NCBI RefSeq assembly: GCF_003334815.1
Contig: NZ_QOWO01000036.1
DNA length: 37,286 nt
Strand: one strand, 5' to 3'
DNA from: Escherichia coli
GTDB lineage: Bacteria; Pseudomonadota; Gammaproteobacteria; Enterobacterales; Enterobacteriaceae
The translations under genes were made by a program, and so were the position numbers. Within the stretch, counting starts at the first letter, position 1, and each line of letters opens with the position of its first letter. Shown piece after piece: positions 20,116-29,882 of the stretch. Below the pieces are notes generated by a model. That model ran no database searches. It was given only the letters and a program-made list of their open reading frames with translations, and had not been told where the DNA came from.

Positions 20116-20286
20116 CTCCGTGTGTAATTTGCTCGAAAATAGCACTAAATCGCCGCAACGGCAGAATGCAATGCAAAATCAGGAAGGAAGATTCCAGAAT
20201 TTCTTTGCGCTAATTTGCAAAACTGAATAATAACCTCAAGAAACGATCGGCATCATAGCGGCAAAAGGTAAGAAAAAGGTGGCAGG

Positions 20287-20517
20287 ATGTTTACGAAGGC
20301 GTTATCGGTTGTCTTATTAACGTGTGCTCTGTTTTCAGGACAACTCATGGCAGGGCACAAAGGACATGAATTTGTGTGGGTAAAGAATGTGGATCATCAG
20401 CTGCGTCATGAAGCGGACAGCGATGAATTGCGTGCTGTGGCGGAAGAGTCGGCGGAAGGTTTGCGCGAGCATTTTTACTGGCAAAAATCGCGCAAACCAG
20501 AAGCGGGACAACGTTGA
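20287..20517 (+). CDS. yncJ: Small secreted protein
   Basis: 76 aa, signal peptide MFTKALSVVLLTCALFSGQLMA; RBS AAAGGTGG upstream. Confidence 0.75.
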   Translation: MFTKALSVVLLTCALFSGQLMAGHKGHEFVWVKNVDHQLRHEADSDELRAVAEESAEGLREHFYWQKSRKPEAGQR

Positions 20518-20526
20518 GTCATTTGA

Positions 20527-20558
20527 TGCCGGATGCGGCGTAACGCCTTACCCGGCAG
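20527..20558. repeat. REP (repetitive extragenic palindromic) element, single copy
   Basis: GCCGGATGCGGCGTAACGCCTTACCCGGC matches the REP consensus; lies between convergent yncJ and rlhA. Confidence 0.6.
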
Positions 20559-20608
20559 GCAATATCATGCAGATTCAATAAGTTGTGAGTAACCAGAAAA
20601 CTGGCGTT

Positions 20609-22570
20609 TTACCCTTTTCGCTTCGGCAATGTTTTCAGCAGCTCATCCGGACTTACGGATGCCACTACGCTTCCCGGTAACGGCATTTTCAGTATGTGAT
20701 TTTTGATTTTGCCAATGACGTGCATCTCGCATGGGCGGCAATCAAACTTTAGCGTTAATACTTCATCGCCGTTAACCAGTTGCATTGGCGTCGCCTTCCA
20801 GCTTTTGATATTGCCTTTCGCCTGTTTCGGGCACAGATTAAAGGCAAAGCGCAGACAATGCTTGGTGATCATCACCGGGACTTCGCCCTTCTCTTCATGT
20901 GCTTCATACGCCGCGTCAATCAGCTGCACACCATAGCGATGATAAAATTCACGCGCTTTCTGGTTGTATACGTTCGCGAGGAAACTCAGATGCGTTTGCG
21001 GATAAACCGGCGCAGGATCAGCAACCGGTTTACGGCTGCCGCGCTGGTAACTGGCAAGACGCGCAGCATCCAGCATGTCAGCAGCTTCACGGCGGAACTG
21101 GTTTAACAGACTGTTTGGTACAAACAGCGCCCCCGGCAAATTAATTTGCACATCGCGGGCGTAATAGAGGGTTTGCCCCAGTTTTGCCAGACCATCCTTC
21201 AGATTGTTCATTGCTTTTTCGGCGTTATTGGCTTCGTCGAACTGCCCGTCCAGCGTATGCGTGATGCTGACACCCTCTTCACTGGTGAGGGTCAGAATCA
21301 GTTGTTCCTGCCAGCCGCCCAGTTCAATGTCTACCGCCACCCGACGTTCGCTGGAGGTTTTTGTCAGTGCCTGCTGCCAGTTATGATCAAGATTACGGTT
21401 TAGTGGGTGATGTGGACGAATTTTGTGCAAATCTGCTGGCATTTCATTGGGCCAGACGCGGTACTGATTTTCTCCGGTTTTCTCGACCGTATTGGCACGA
21501 AAACCGACGACTTCACGTTTAATCAACACGTTCAGGCCATCGCCATTTGCCAGTGGCTCGGTAACGGCAACATCGAGATGATCTTTCGCCACTTTCACTA
21601 CTTCGCCTACCGGCAGGCCGATAAATTTCGGCGAATCGAACGCGCCAATATCGCCTTTACGGGCATTCATAAAATAATCTGTGCTACCACGGTGGAAAGT
21701 CTTTTCCGTCGATGGAACAAAGAAATGTTCAGTACGACCTGATGAAGCGCGCGCCAGATCGCCACGTTCTTCAATAATGGCATCAAGCATCTGGCGATAA
21801 TGGGCGGTGATATTCTTCACGTAGCTCATATCTTTGTAACGCCCTTCAATCTTGAAGGAGCGTACACCAGCATCAATCAGCGCGCCGAGGTTGGCAGTCT
21901 GATCGTTATCTTTCATCGACAGCAGATGTTTTTCATAGGAAACCACCCGCCCCTGATCGTCTTTCAATGTGTATGGCAAACGGCACGCCTGCGAGCAATC
22001 GCCACGGTTGGCGCTACGCCCTGTTTGCGCATGAGAAATGTAGCACTGACCCGAATAGGCCACGCACAGTGCCCCATGAATAAAGAATTCAATGGTCGCG
22101 TCCGTAGCCTGGTGAATCGCGCGGATCTGATCAAGATTCAGCTCTCGCGCCAGCACAATCTGCGTGAAGCCAACATCAGAGAGGAACTTCGCTTTTTCAA
22201 CTGTACGAATGTCGCACTGCGTACTGGCGTGCAGTTCAATCGGCGGAATATCAAGTTCCAGAATCCCCATATCCTGAACAATCAGCGCATCGACACCGGT
22301 CTGGTAGAGGTCAGTAATCAGCCGTTGCGCGGGTTCCAGCTCATCATCATGCAAAATGGTGTTAAGCGTGACGAAAATTTTTGCACCATAACGATGGGCA
22401 AACGGCACCAGCTCGGCAATATCTTTCAAGCTATTACTGGCATTATGACGGGCACCAAAACCAGGGCCGCCGATATAAACAGCATCGGCACCGTGCAAAA
22501 TAGCTTCGCGGGCAATGGCGGCATCGCGTGCCGGGCTTAACAGTTCAAGTCGATGAGAAGATACGGTCAC
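20609..22570 (-). CDS. rlhA: Peptidase U32-family protein (23S rRNA 5-hydroxycytidine synthase RlhA)
   Basis: Long ORF with U32-family sequence. Start set at GTG 22570 (653 aa); an upstream in-frame GTG at 22612 (667 aa, as in the ORF track) cannot be excluded. Lies 72 bp downstream of ydcN. Confidence 0.75.
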   Translation of the reverse strand: MTVSSHRLELLSPARDAAIAREAILHGADAVYIGGPGFGARHNASNSLKDIAELVPFAHRYGAKIFVTLNTILHDDELEPAQRLITDLYQTGVDALIVQDMGILELDIPPIELHASTQCDIRTVEKAKFLSDVGFTQIVLARELNLDQIRAIHQATDATIEFFIHGALCVAYSGQCYISHAQTGRSANRGDCSQACRLPYTLKDDQGRVVSYEKHLLSMKDNDQTANLGALIDAGVRSFKIEGRYKDMSYVKNITAHYRQMLDAIIEERGDLARASSGRTEHFFVPSTEKTFHRGSTDYFMNARKGDIGAFDSPKFIGLPVGEVVKVAKDHLDVAVTEPLANGDGLNVLIKREVVGFRANTVEKTGENQYRVWPNEMPADLHKIRPHHPLNRNLDHNWQQALTKTSSERRVAVDIELGGWQEQLILTLTSEEGVSITHTLDGQFDEANNAEKAMNNLKDGLAKLGQTLYYARDVQINLPGALFVPNSLLNQFRREAADMLDAARLASYQRGSRKPVADPAPVYPQTHLSFLANVYNQKAREFYHRYGVQLIDAAYEAHEEKGEVPVMITKHCLRFAFNLCPKQAKGNIKSWKATPMQLVNGDEVLTLKFDCRPCEMHVIGKIKNHILKMPLPGSVVASVSPDELLKTLPKRKG

Positions 22571-22642
22571 ATTCTTATCCAGTAGCTGAAAAATGGCGGC
22601 TATTTTAGCCACAAGCGCGACGTTGCGAAATAGTTTTCCCGC

Positions 22643-23179
22643 TTAACTGCGCGGGTAATGGATGAGGGAATGAAAATGTACGGTTTGCTCCCCACCATTA
22701 CGATAGATATGCGTGACGTCTGCAGCAAATCGAACGCCTTCCCCACAATTAAGGGTCTGCCATTCCCCATCAACGCACAGATCAAGTTGTCCATCAATGA
22801 CGACGACATGTTCGATTACCCCCTTCTCATGGGGCGTCGATTCGCTTATTGCACCAGATGCCATCTGAATCGAGAAGTGTTCAAAGCAGAGTTGTGGATC
22901 ATAAGGAAACAGCGAAGTGATCACCATCGCCTGCTGTTGTGGATCATAAACTGAAGGCGTAGCGGACTGCGGCGGAGAAATAAATGTTGAAAATGGTACG
23001 TTCAACCCGGTGGCAATTTTCCATAATGTCGCGACCGTCGGACTGGACTCATTACGCTCAATCTGCCCTAACATTGCTTTAGAAACGCCCGTCGCTTCTG
23101 CCAGTCGCGAAAGACTCCAGCCGCGCTGCTGGCGTAGTTGTTTAAGTGTGGTGGATAAAAAGCGAGCGAGATTTTCCAT
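22643..23179 (-). CDS. ydcN: XRE-family HTH regulator with C-terminal cupin domain
   Basis: 178 aa; N-terminal HTH (LKQLRQQRGWSLSRLAEATGVSKAMLGQIERNES); ATG at 23179 preceded by GGAGGAG. Confidence 0.8.
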   Translation of the reverse strand: MENLARFLSTTLKQLRQQRGWSLSRLAEATGVSKAMLGQIERNESSPTVATLWKIATGLNVPFSTFISPPQSATPSVYDPQQQAMVITSLFPYDPQLCFEHFSIQMASGAISESTPHEKGVIEHVVVIDGQLDLCVDGEWQTLNCGEGVRFAADVTHIYRNGGEQTVHFHSLIHYPRS

Positions 23180-23216
23180 GCGACTCCTCCGGCAAAACGG
23201 AAGTTTATCACTTGTG

Positions 23217-23258
23217 CGTTATAACGGACAAATGCTACGGTGCCTGTACGCTATAACG
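23217..23258. promoter_or_regulatory. Two copies of a palindromic 10-mer in the ydcN-ydcO divergent region (operator candidate)
   Basis: CGTTATAACG (23217-23226, perfect palindrome) and CGCTATAACG (23249-23258), 32 bp apart centre to centre. Confidence 0.35.
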
Positions 23259-23270
23259 CACGAGGTGACT

Positions 23271-24446
23271 ATGCGTCTGTTTTCTATTCCTCCACCCACG
23301 CTACTGGCGGGGTTTCTGGCGGTATTAATTGGCTACGCCAGTTCAGCGGCAATAATCTGGCAAGCAGCGATTGTCGCCGGAGCCACCACTGCACAAATCT
23401 CTGGCTGGATGACGGCGCTGGGGCTGGCAATGGGCGTCAGTACGCTGACTCTGACATTATGGTATCGCGTACCTGTTCTCACCGCATGGTCAACGCCTGG
23501 CGCGGCTTTGTTGGTCACCGGATTGCAGGGACTAACACTTAACGAAGCCATCGGCGTTTTTATTGTCACCAACGCGCTAATAGTCCTCTGCGGCATAACG
23601 GGACTCTTTGCTCGTCTGATGCGCATTATTCCGCACTCGCTTGCGGCGGCAATGCTTGCCGGGATTTTATTACGCTTTGGTTTACAGGCGTTTGCCAGTC
23701 TGGACGGTCAATTTACGTTGTGTGGAAGTATGTTGCTGGTATGGCTGGCAACCAAGGCCGTTGCGCCGCGCTATGCGGTAATTGCCGCGATGATTATTGG
23801 GATCGTGATCGTCATCGCGCAAGGTGACGTTGTCACAACTGATGTTGTCTTTAAACCCGTTCTCCCCACTTATATTACCCCTGATTTTTCGTTTGCTCAC
23901 AGCCTGAGCGTTGCACTCCCCCTTTTTCTGGTGACGATGGCATCGCAAAACGCACCGGGTATCGCAGCAATGAAAGCAGCTGGATATTCGGCTCCTGTTT
24001 CGCCATTAATTGTATTTACTGGATTGCTGGCACTGGTTTTTTCCCCTTTCGGCGTTTATTCCGTCGGTATTGCGGCAATCACCGCGGCTATTTGCCAAAG
24101 CCCGGAAGCGCATCCGGATAAAGATCAACGTTGGCTGGCCGCTGCCGTTGCAGGCATTTTCTATTTGCTCGCAGGTCTGTTTGGTAGTGCCATTACCGGG
24201 ATGATGGCTGCCCTGCCCGTAAGTTGGATCCAGATGCTGGCAGGTCTGGCGCTGTTAAGTACCATCGGCGGCAGTTTGTATCAGGCGCTGCATAATGAGC
24301 GTGAGCGAGACGCGGCGGTGGTGGCATTTCTGGTAACGGCAAGTGGATTGACGCTGGTCGGGATTGGTTCTGCGTTTTGGGGATTAATTGCCGGAGGCGT
24401 TTGTTACGTGGTGTTGAATTTAATCGCTGACAGAAACCGATATTGA
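23271..24446 (+). CDS. ydcO: BenE-family (benzoate-transporter-like) membrane protein
   Basis: ATG at 23271 preceded by GAGGTG; 391 aa, highly hydrophobic. The ORF track extends 87 codons upstream across the ydcN start. Confidence 0.85.
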   Translation: MRLFSIPPPTLLAGFLAVLIGYASSAAIIWQAAIVAGATTAQISGWMTALGLAMGVSTLTLTLWYRVPVLTAWSTPGAALLVTGLQGLTLNEAIGVFIVTNALIVLCGITGLFARLMRIIPHSLAAAMLAGILLRFGLQAFASLDGQFTLCGSMLLVWLATKAVAPRYAVIAAMIIGIVIVIAQGDVVTTDVVFKPVLPTYITPDFSFAHSLSVALPLFLVTMASQNAPGIAAMKAAGYSAPVSPLIVFTGLLALVFSPFGVYSVGIAAITAAICQSPEAHPDKDQRWLAAAVAGIFYLLAGLFGSAITGMMAALPVSWIQMLAGLALLSTIGGSLYQALHNERERDAAVVAFLVTASGLTLVGIGSAFWGLIAGGVCYVVLNLIADRNRY

Positions 24447-26190
24447 CATCCTCCACGCCCTGAAGGACGTGGATCCCTGCTACGTTCAGGCTGTCGCCTG
24501 AATCATTTCGGTGGGTTCCTGCTTCAACGGGCGGCCTGACTGCACCATCTCTCCACAGGCAAGAACGGCGTGCCCCGCCGCTAAAATGTTGCGAGCGCCA
24601 TTTACATCGGCGTTCGCTGTATATCCACATACCTGGCATCTGAATTTACTTTGTGACAGGCGGTTCTCTTTCGCTGTATGACCACAGTACGCGCAACGCT
24701 GGCTTGTATACGCTGGCGGAACAGCAAGCACCTGACCGCCACGCCAGAGCTGCTTGTACGCAAGCTGGCGGCGCATTTCATACCAGCCCTGATCCAGTAT
24801 CGAACGGTTTAAACCTGATTTTGCCCGGACATTGCGCCCCGGCTGGCTGACCGTACCCGCTGCTGACTTTGACATGTTGCTGACCTTCAAATCCTCAATG
24901 ACTATCATTGCGTGGTTTTTGCTGACGGCCGTTGTGACTTTGTGAAGGTAGTCCCTGCGGATATTTGCGATACAGGAATGCAGTCGCTGTATTTTGCGTT
25001 TCTGCTTTTGCCAGTTGTTGCTGAATTTGACCTTGCGGCTTAACTGTCGCTGAAGTCTCGCCAGCTTCTTCTGGTTTTTCTGAAAACTGTTTACAGGCTC
25101 AAAGACTGTGCCATCTGACAGCGTGGCGAGTTTAGCCACGCCAGCATCCAGCCCGACCATTGATGCTGAAGGGTGAACCGGAGTTGATACTTCACTTTCT
25201 GTCTGAATACTGATGTACCACTTACCGCAGGACTGGCTGACAGTGACATTTTTCACAACACCCGTGACCTGACGGCTGTTCCGGTAGCGCATCCAGCCCA
25301 GTTTCGGCAGAAAAATACGGCTGTTTTCCTGATCGAGCTTAACGCCCTGCGGGTAGCGGAATGCATCATTCTGTCCCCGCTTTTTGAATCGGGGAAAAGC
25401 AGCCCGCTTCCGGAAGAAGTTTTTGTAAGCCCGCTCAAGGTCTTTCAGTGACTGTTGCAATGGCTGTGAGGGAGAATCTTTAAGCCATTGCGTTTCAGTG
25501 GCATTTTTCCACTCAACCAGCCAGGAAGCCATTTTCCCGTAAGGGATGTATTTATTACCGGCCTCATGATTCTCATTCTGACGTGCCAGAGCACGATTGA
25601 AAACGAAACGACATGCGCCTGCGAAGCGCCTCATTTCACACTCCTGTTGACCACCGGGTCTTAACTGGAATTTAAATGCCTGTAATCGTTTCACAGGTCA
25701 AATGATACTTTGGTCTGTGAAAAAAGAAACCGATATCCGGCGTGGAAGGCATTGTGTTTTCCTGATGCATGTTCACCTGCTCTTTGTCACCAGATACCGA
25801 CGCCAGATTTTTGACCATGACGCGACAGAAAAACTACGCACTTACTTTTCAAATGTATGTGCTGATTTTGAAGCTGAACTGGTTGAAATGGATGGCGAAC
25901 CAGATCACGTCCATTTGTTAATTAACTATCCTCCCAAACTGGCGATATCCAGTCTGGTAAACAGCCTCAAAGGCGTATCGGGTAGGTGACTGCGACGAGA
26001 TCGACCAGATATTGCATTCAGGTATTACTACAAAGGCGTTTTGTGGAGTCCTGGCTATTTTGCCAGTAGCTGCGGAGGTGCGCCAATATCCGTCATCCGC
26101 CAATACATTGAACAACAGCAAACACCTGGTCAGGTGGAAAACCGCGCCTTATATCCCCGCCCTGAAGGATGGGGTTTTACGGCGCACCGG
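24440..26190 (-). mobile_element. IS200/IS605-family insertion sequence (IS609-like), about 1.75 kb; boundaries approximate
   Basis: Divergent tnpB and tnpA; no terminal inverted repeats; subterminal hairpins at both ends share the 12-mer CGCCCTGAAGGA (24456-24467 and 26158-26169); sits between the ydcO stop and the ydcL terminator. Confidence 0.6.
24486..25694 (-). CDS. insQ: TnpB (IS609 OrfB; RuvC-like RNA-guided nuclease family)
   Basis: 402 aa from GTG 25694 (382 aa from ATG 25634, which has an AGGAG RBS). Conserved N-terminus [10 protein letters not shown]; RuvC-I GLDAGV, RuvC-II IEDL, zinc finger CAYCG...CQVCG, Ruv[13 protein letters not shown] all present. Confidence 0.8.
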   Translation of the reverse strand: MKRLQAFKFQLRPGGQQECEMRRFAGACRFVFNRALARQNENHEAGNKYIPYGKMASWLVEWKNATETQWLKDSPSQPLQQSLKDLERAYKNFFRKRAAFPRFKKRGQNDAFRYPQGVKLDQENSRIFLPKLGWMRYRNSRQVTGVVKNVTVSQSCGKWYISIQTESEVSTPVHPSASMVGLDAGVAKLATLSDGTVFEPVNSFQKNQKKLARLQRQLSRKVKFSNNWQKQKRKIQRLHSCIANIRRDYLHKVTTAVSKNHAMIVIEDLKVSNMSKSAAGTVSQPGRNVRAKSGLNRSILDQGWYEMRRQLAYKQLWRGGQVLAVPPAYTSQRCAYCGHTAKENRLSQSKFRCQVCGYTANADVNGARNILAAGHAVLACGEMVQSGRPLKQEPTEMIQATA

Positions 26191-26208
26191 ATAAAAAGCG
26201 CCATCTAA
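25702..26208 (+). pseudogene. IS200-type TnpA (Y1/HuH transposase) interrupted by one in-frame TGA
   Basis: ATG at 25702; 95 codons containing the HuH motif (PDHVHLLINYPP), then TGA at 25987-25989, then the same frame continues with ...LWSPGYFASSCGGAPISVIRQYIEQQ (conserved catalytic-Tyr region) to TAA at 26206-26208. Confidence 0.65.
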
Positions 26209-26217
26209 CGATGGCGC
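26193..26217 (-). terminator. Intrinsic terminator of ydcL
   Basis: Minus-strand RNA: GCGCCAUC-GUUA-GAUGGCGC followed by UUUUUAU, starting 9 nt after the ydcL stop. Confidence 0.6.
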
Positions 26218-26225
26218 GTCTGGAA

Positions 26226-26894
26226 CTACTTTTTGTTAACGTCAAACATGGTGGCATCGGTCGCCATGTCATCAATAACTTGTTTAATATTTTCGAAAGC
26301 CATTGGCGTACTTTCGTTATTCAGGTCTTTACCTTCGCCCTGACGAACGACTTTGATAACCGGTTTATTAGTCGCTGCATCAATCAGCTCACCTTCAAAA
26401 TAGAGGCGAGTATCCATGGTACGGTGGACTGTAGCCATTTGCGTCCCCGCAACCACTAATGCAACAGGAACCACTTCATAGAATTGCAGCCCTTCTTTGC
26501 TGGTATCTACACCGGTAATGGCCCCACGGAAAATCAGACTACGCGGCCCAGCGGTGGTAACCAGTGGTTTACGCTGCGCTATCGCTTCTTTCATTTCGGT
26601 GTTGGTATAGTTCAAAATTTTATCCAGAACTTTCTGCCCTACCTGGGTCGACGGTTTCGGTACCGGATAATAAGTGATTGGGTTCCAGACGATGCTGTCA
26701 TATTTGCTTTGATCAAAACTCGGGTCTACCCAACGTAAAACAGGTTTACCTGTAGCCGAGGTTGTTTCTTTTAAATCAGAGTAATTGTTTAAAAAACCAG
26801 AATATTTATCTGGCTGGGTGATTTTAGAGGCACAACCAGACAGAGCCAATAAGCCGCATAAAGCTGCAACTTTCGCAAATGATGTGGTACGCAT
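26226..26894 (-). CDS. ydcL: Lipoprotein
   Basis: 222 aa; signal peptide with lipobox (MRTTSFAKVAALCGLLALSGCAS). Confidence 0.85.
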   Translation of the reverse strand: MRTTSFAKVAALCGLLALSGCASKITQPDKYSGFLNNYSDLKETTSATGKPVLRWVDPSFDQSKYDSIVWNPITYYPVPKPSTQVGQKVLDKILNYTNTEMKEAIAQRKPLVTTAGPRSLIFRGAITGVDTSKEGLQFYEVVPVALVVAGTQMATVHRTMDTRLYFEGELIDAATNKPVIKVVRQGEGKDLNNESTPMAFENIKQVIDDMATDATMFDVNKK

Positions 26895-27195
26895 GAATAG
26901 TTTCCTGAGATGATTATATTACTTTCTAAGTTATAGCAAAAAGCGCCGCTTCGTGTTGTGGCAAAAAAAGTGTTGGTGAAAATAAATTTTTCAGCCCCTT
27001 TTCAGACGACATAGTCAATGCCGAAAAAGGGGCTAAGTCAATCATCAGTACTTAAATTTCAGTAAGTTAAGCTGCTAAAAACTTCGACTACTGTGATTAA
27101 TTTCACATCCCTTCGATAAAAAATATGCTTACCGAAAAGAAGAACAGTAAATCATCTCAGCGTGGGGAATTTTCACGCGTTTTGTGCTTACCGGG

Positions 27196-27789
27196 TCATT
27201 TTTTACGTGCCAGCATCGTGGCGAAACGCAGTTTAATACGATTACCGTTGGCGTCGGTGCGGTGCAGCTCGCCGACGTCTTCATTGTATTTCACCCTCTC
27301 CCAGCCTTCGTAATATCGACGTAATTCTCCCTCTTTGAAGGCAAACGGGAAGCCGACGGTACATGGATAATCAGCGGTATCCATCGCCGCCACAATCAGG
27401 TTGTAACCACCAGGTTTAGTGCAACGTTGCATATTGGCAATCAACCCGGGGATGGTTTTAGCCTCAAGGAACATCAGCACCACAGTCGAAAGAATAAAAT
27501 CGTACTGTCTATCAAATGTGAGGTTATTCAGATCAACGACTCGGGTGTGTAAATTATCCAGATTTTCAATGGATTTAATGCGCTCGACGTTGGCGATACT
27601 CATGGCATTTTTATCCCATGCGTCAACATCATAACCATTGGCTGCCAGGTAAAGACTGTTACGACCATTGCCACAGCCCAGATCCAGCGTTTTACCCGGT
27701 TTAACCACTTTCACCGCTTCCAGTACTTCAGAGTGTGTGCGGGTTAATTCATATTTATCAGTAAAATAGTTTTCGTCACGAATGATCAT
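27196..27789 (-). CDS. tehB: Tellurite resistance protein TehB (SAM-dependent methyltransferase)
   Basis: 197 aa; SAM-binding motif ([15 protein letters not shown]); start overlaps the tehA stop (ATGA). Confidence 0.9.
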
Positions 27790-28778
27790 TCTTTGTCCTC
27801 TGCTTTCATTAAAACGGCGCGCTCGGTTCTGACTAACAATTTTCCCTGCATCAGAAGCGCAAAAGTACGGATGAGCAGTATTGCAATAATAAAATTGGTA
27901 AAGATAAACAGCGGCACCGCCAGCGTATGGAAAAATCCATTATCGCTGCCACTCCCCAGATGCAAACCGGTGGTTGCCAGTGCAGATACGCCGAACGAGA
28001 AACTCCAGAATGAAGCATTAAATGGCTGGGAGAGATACCATGGCATCAGACGTAGCATAAACAGCAGTTGCAGCAGTCCATAACCGAAAAGCATTTTCGC
28101 CAGCGTGTCACCCTCGCCGCCGTTGACGCTCAGCCAGGCACTACAAGCCACCAGCGCAGGAGCGAGCTGAATGCCGAGTGATGTCCGCAGTGCCGTGGGT
28201 AATTCTCCCGAACTGCGCAGACGCTGCAAGATCACCGGTTCAAGGCTTAGCCATGAGAAAACGCCTGCGCCTAAAAACACCAGACCGGCGTCGGTGTAGC
28301 CCAACGCACCACAGGCCATTGCGCTGATAAAGTTGTTGGCAACTGTCGGCAGATACAGTCCAGGCGTGGTAGCTTCTTCAGGGTGAGATCCGCGCCATAA
28401 TCCCGCAGTTTGCCAGGCGGCATAAGCCAACTGAACCACGACACCAAAACTGAACAGGCACACCGCCAGTGGGCGAAACCACGGAACAAAACCAATCGCC
28501 ACCAGCATCGTCGTTGCCGGAAACAAACTCACAAAACTGCTCAGCACTGGATGGCGAACTTCCGCCAGCACGCTATGCGGAAAGCGTATGAGTCGGGCAA
28601 TAAATGCGCTAGTCAATAATCCCCAGATGATCATCGCCAGAATCACCAGCCCATCCCCTAACCAGTGGCTGACCTGCCAAACCTGGCTGGCATAGCGCCA
28701 GGCAAATCCCATCCCTATCGTCCCCAACACAATACCAAAGTAGCCTGCCGGCAAATTGAGCACTTTATCGCTCTGCAT
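27786..28778 (-). CDS. tehA: Tellurite resistance protein TehA (SLAC1/TDT-family membrane channel)
   Basis: ATG at 28778 giving 330 aa ([19 protein letters not shown]...), multi-pass membrane protein. The ORF track extends 36 codons upstream; an ATG at 28790 is also possible. Confidence 0.85.
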
Positions 28779-28901
28779 CTTCTTACTCATTTTGTTTAAT
28801 TTATAAAGTATATTTGAAATGCATTTTATGGAATTTTCTCGAGCATAGCCAGAGCCGCAGAATTTGCTACGGTTATAGTAAGTCACCTGTGGGAAAACGC
28901 T

Positions 28902-29882
28902 ATGCGCAAATATCGTCTAAGTGAAGAACAGCGAGCCTTTAGTTATCAGGAAGATGGCACTAAAAAAAATGTGTTATTACGGCAGATTATCGCCATTAGC
29001 GATTTTAACGATGTGATAGCAGGAACCGCTGGCGGCTGGATCGATCGCGAAACGGTGTTAGCACAAGAAGGAAATTGCTGGATTTACGACCAGAATGCTA
29101 TTGCGTTCGGCGGAGCGGTGATTTCCGGTAATACGCGTATCACCGGCACCAGCGTGCTGTGGGGAGAGGTTTACGCAACGGATAACGTCTGGATCGATAA
29201 TAGTGAAATCAGCCAGGGTGCATATATAAGTGACAGCGTCACCATTCATGACTCATTAGTTTACGGGCAATGTAGAATATTTGGTCACGCCTTAATTGAT
29301 CAACATTCTATGATCGTCGCCGCACAAGGCTTAACGCCCGACCATCAACTCCTGCTCCAAATTTATGATCGCGCAAGGGTTAGCGCCTCGCGTATTGTCC
29401 ACCAGGCACAAATTTATGGCGATGCCGTCGTCCGGTATGCTTTTATTGAACATCGCGCCGAAGTTTTTGATTTTGCCAGTATTGAAGGTAATGAAGAGAA
29501 CAATGTCTGGCTATGCGATTGCGCTAAAGTCTACGGTCACGCGCAGGTGAAAGCTGGCATAGAAGAAGATGCCATTCCGACGATTCATTACAGTTCGCAG
29601 GTGGCGGAATATGCCATTGTGGAAGGTAATTGTGTGTTAAAACATCATGTCTTGGTTGGCGGAAATGCCGTGGTACGTGGCGGACCGATTCTGCTCGACG
29701 AGCACGTTGTCATACAAGGTGAGAGCCGTATTACAGGTGCGGTGATAATTGAAAACCATGTGGAGTTAACCGACCACGCCGTCGTTGAAGCCTTTGATGG
29801 CGACACGGTTCATGTCCGTGGTCCAAAAGTCATTAACGGCGAGGAGCGCATTACGCGAACGCCGCTGGCAGGGTTATTGTGA
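28902..29882 (+). CDS. ydcK: Uncharacterized protein with repetitive beta-helix-like segments
   Basis: 326 aa; repeated short G/V/I-rich periodic segments; ATG at 28902. Confidence 0.8.

Noticed and set aside
21800-22540. 246-aa plus-strand ORF, and the other 60-110 aa ORFs across 20703-21742
   Set aside because: All lie antisense inside rlhA; shadow ORFs.
25987-25989. In-frame TGA in tnpA as a selenocysteine codon
   Set aside because: No SECIS-like hairpin immediately downstream and transposases are not selenoproteins; nonsense mutation or leaky stop is far more likely.
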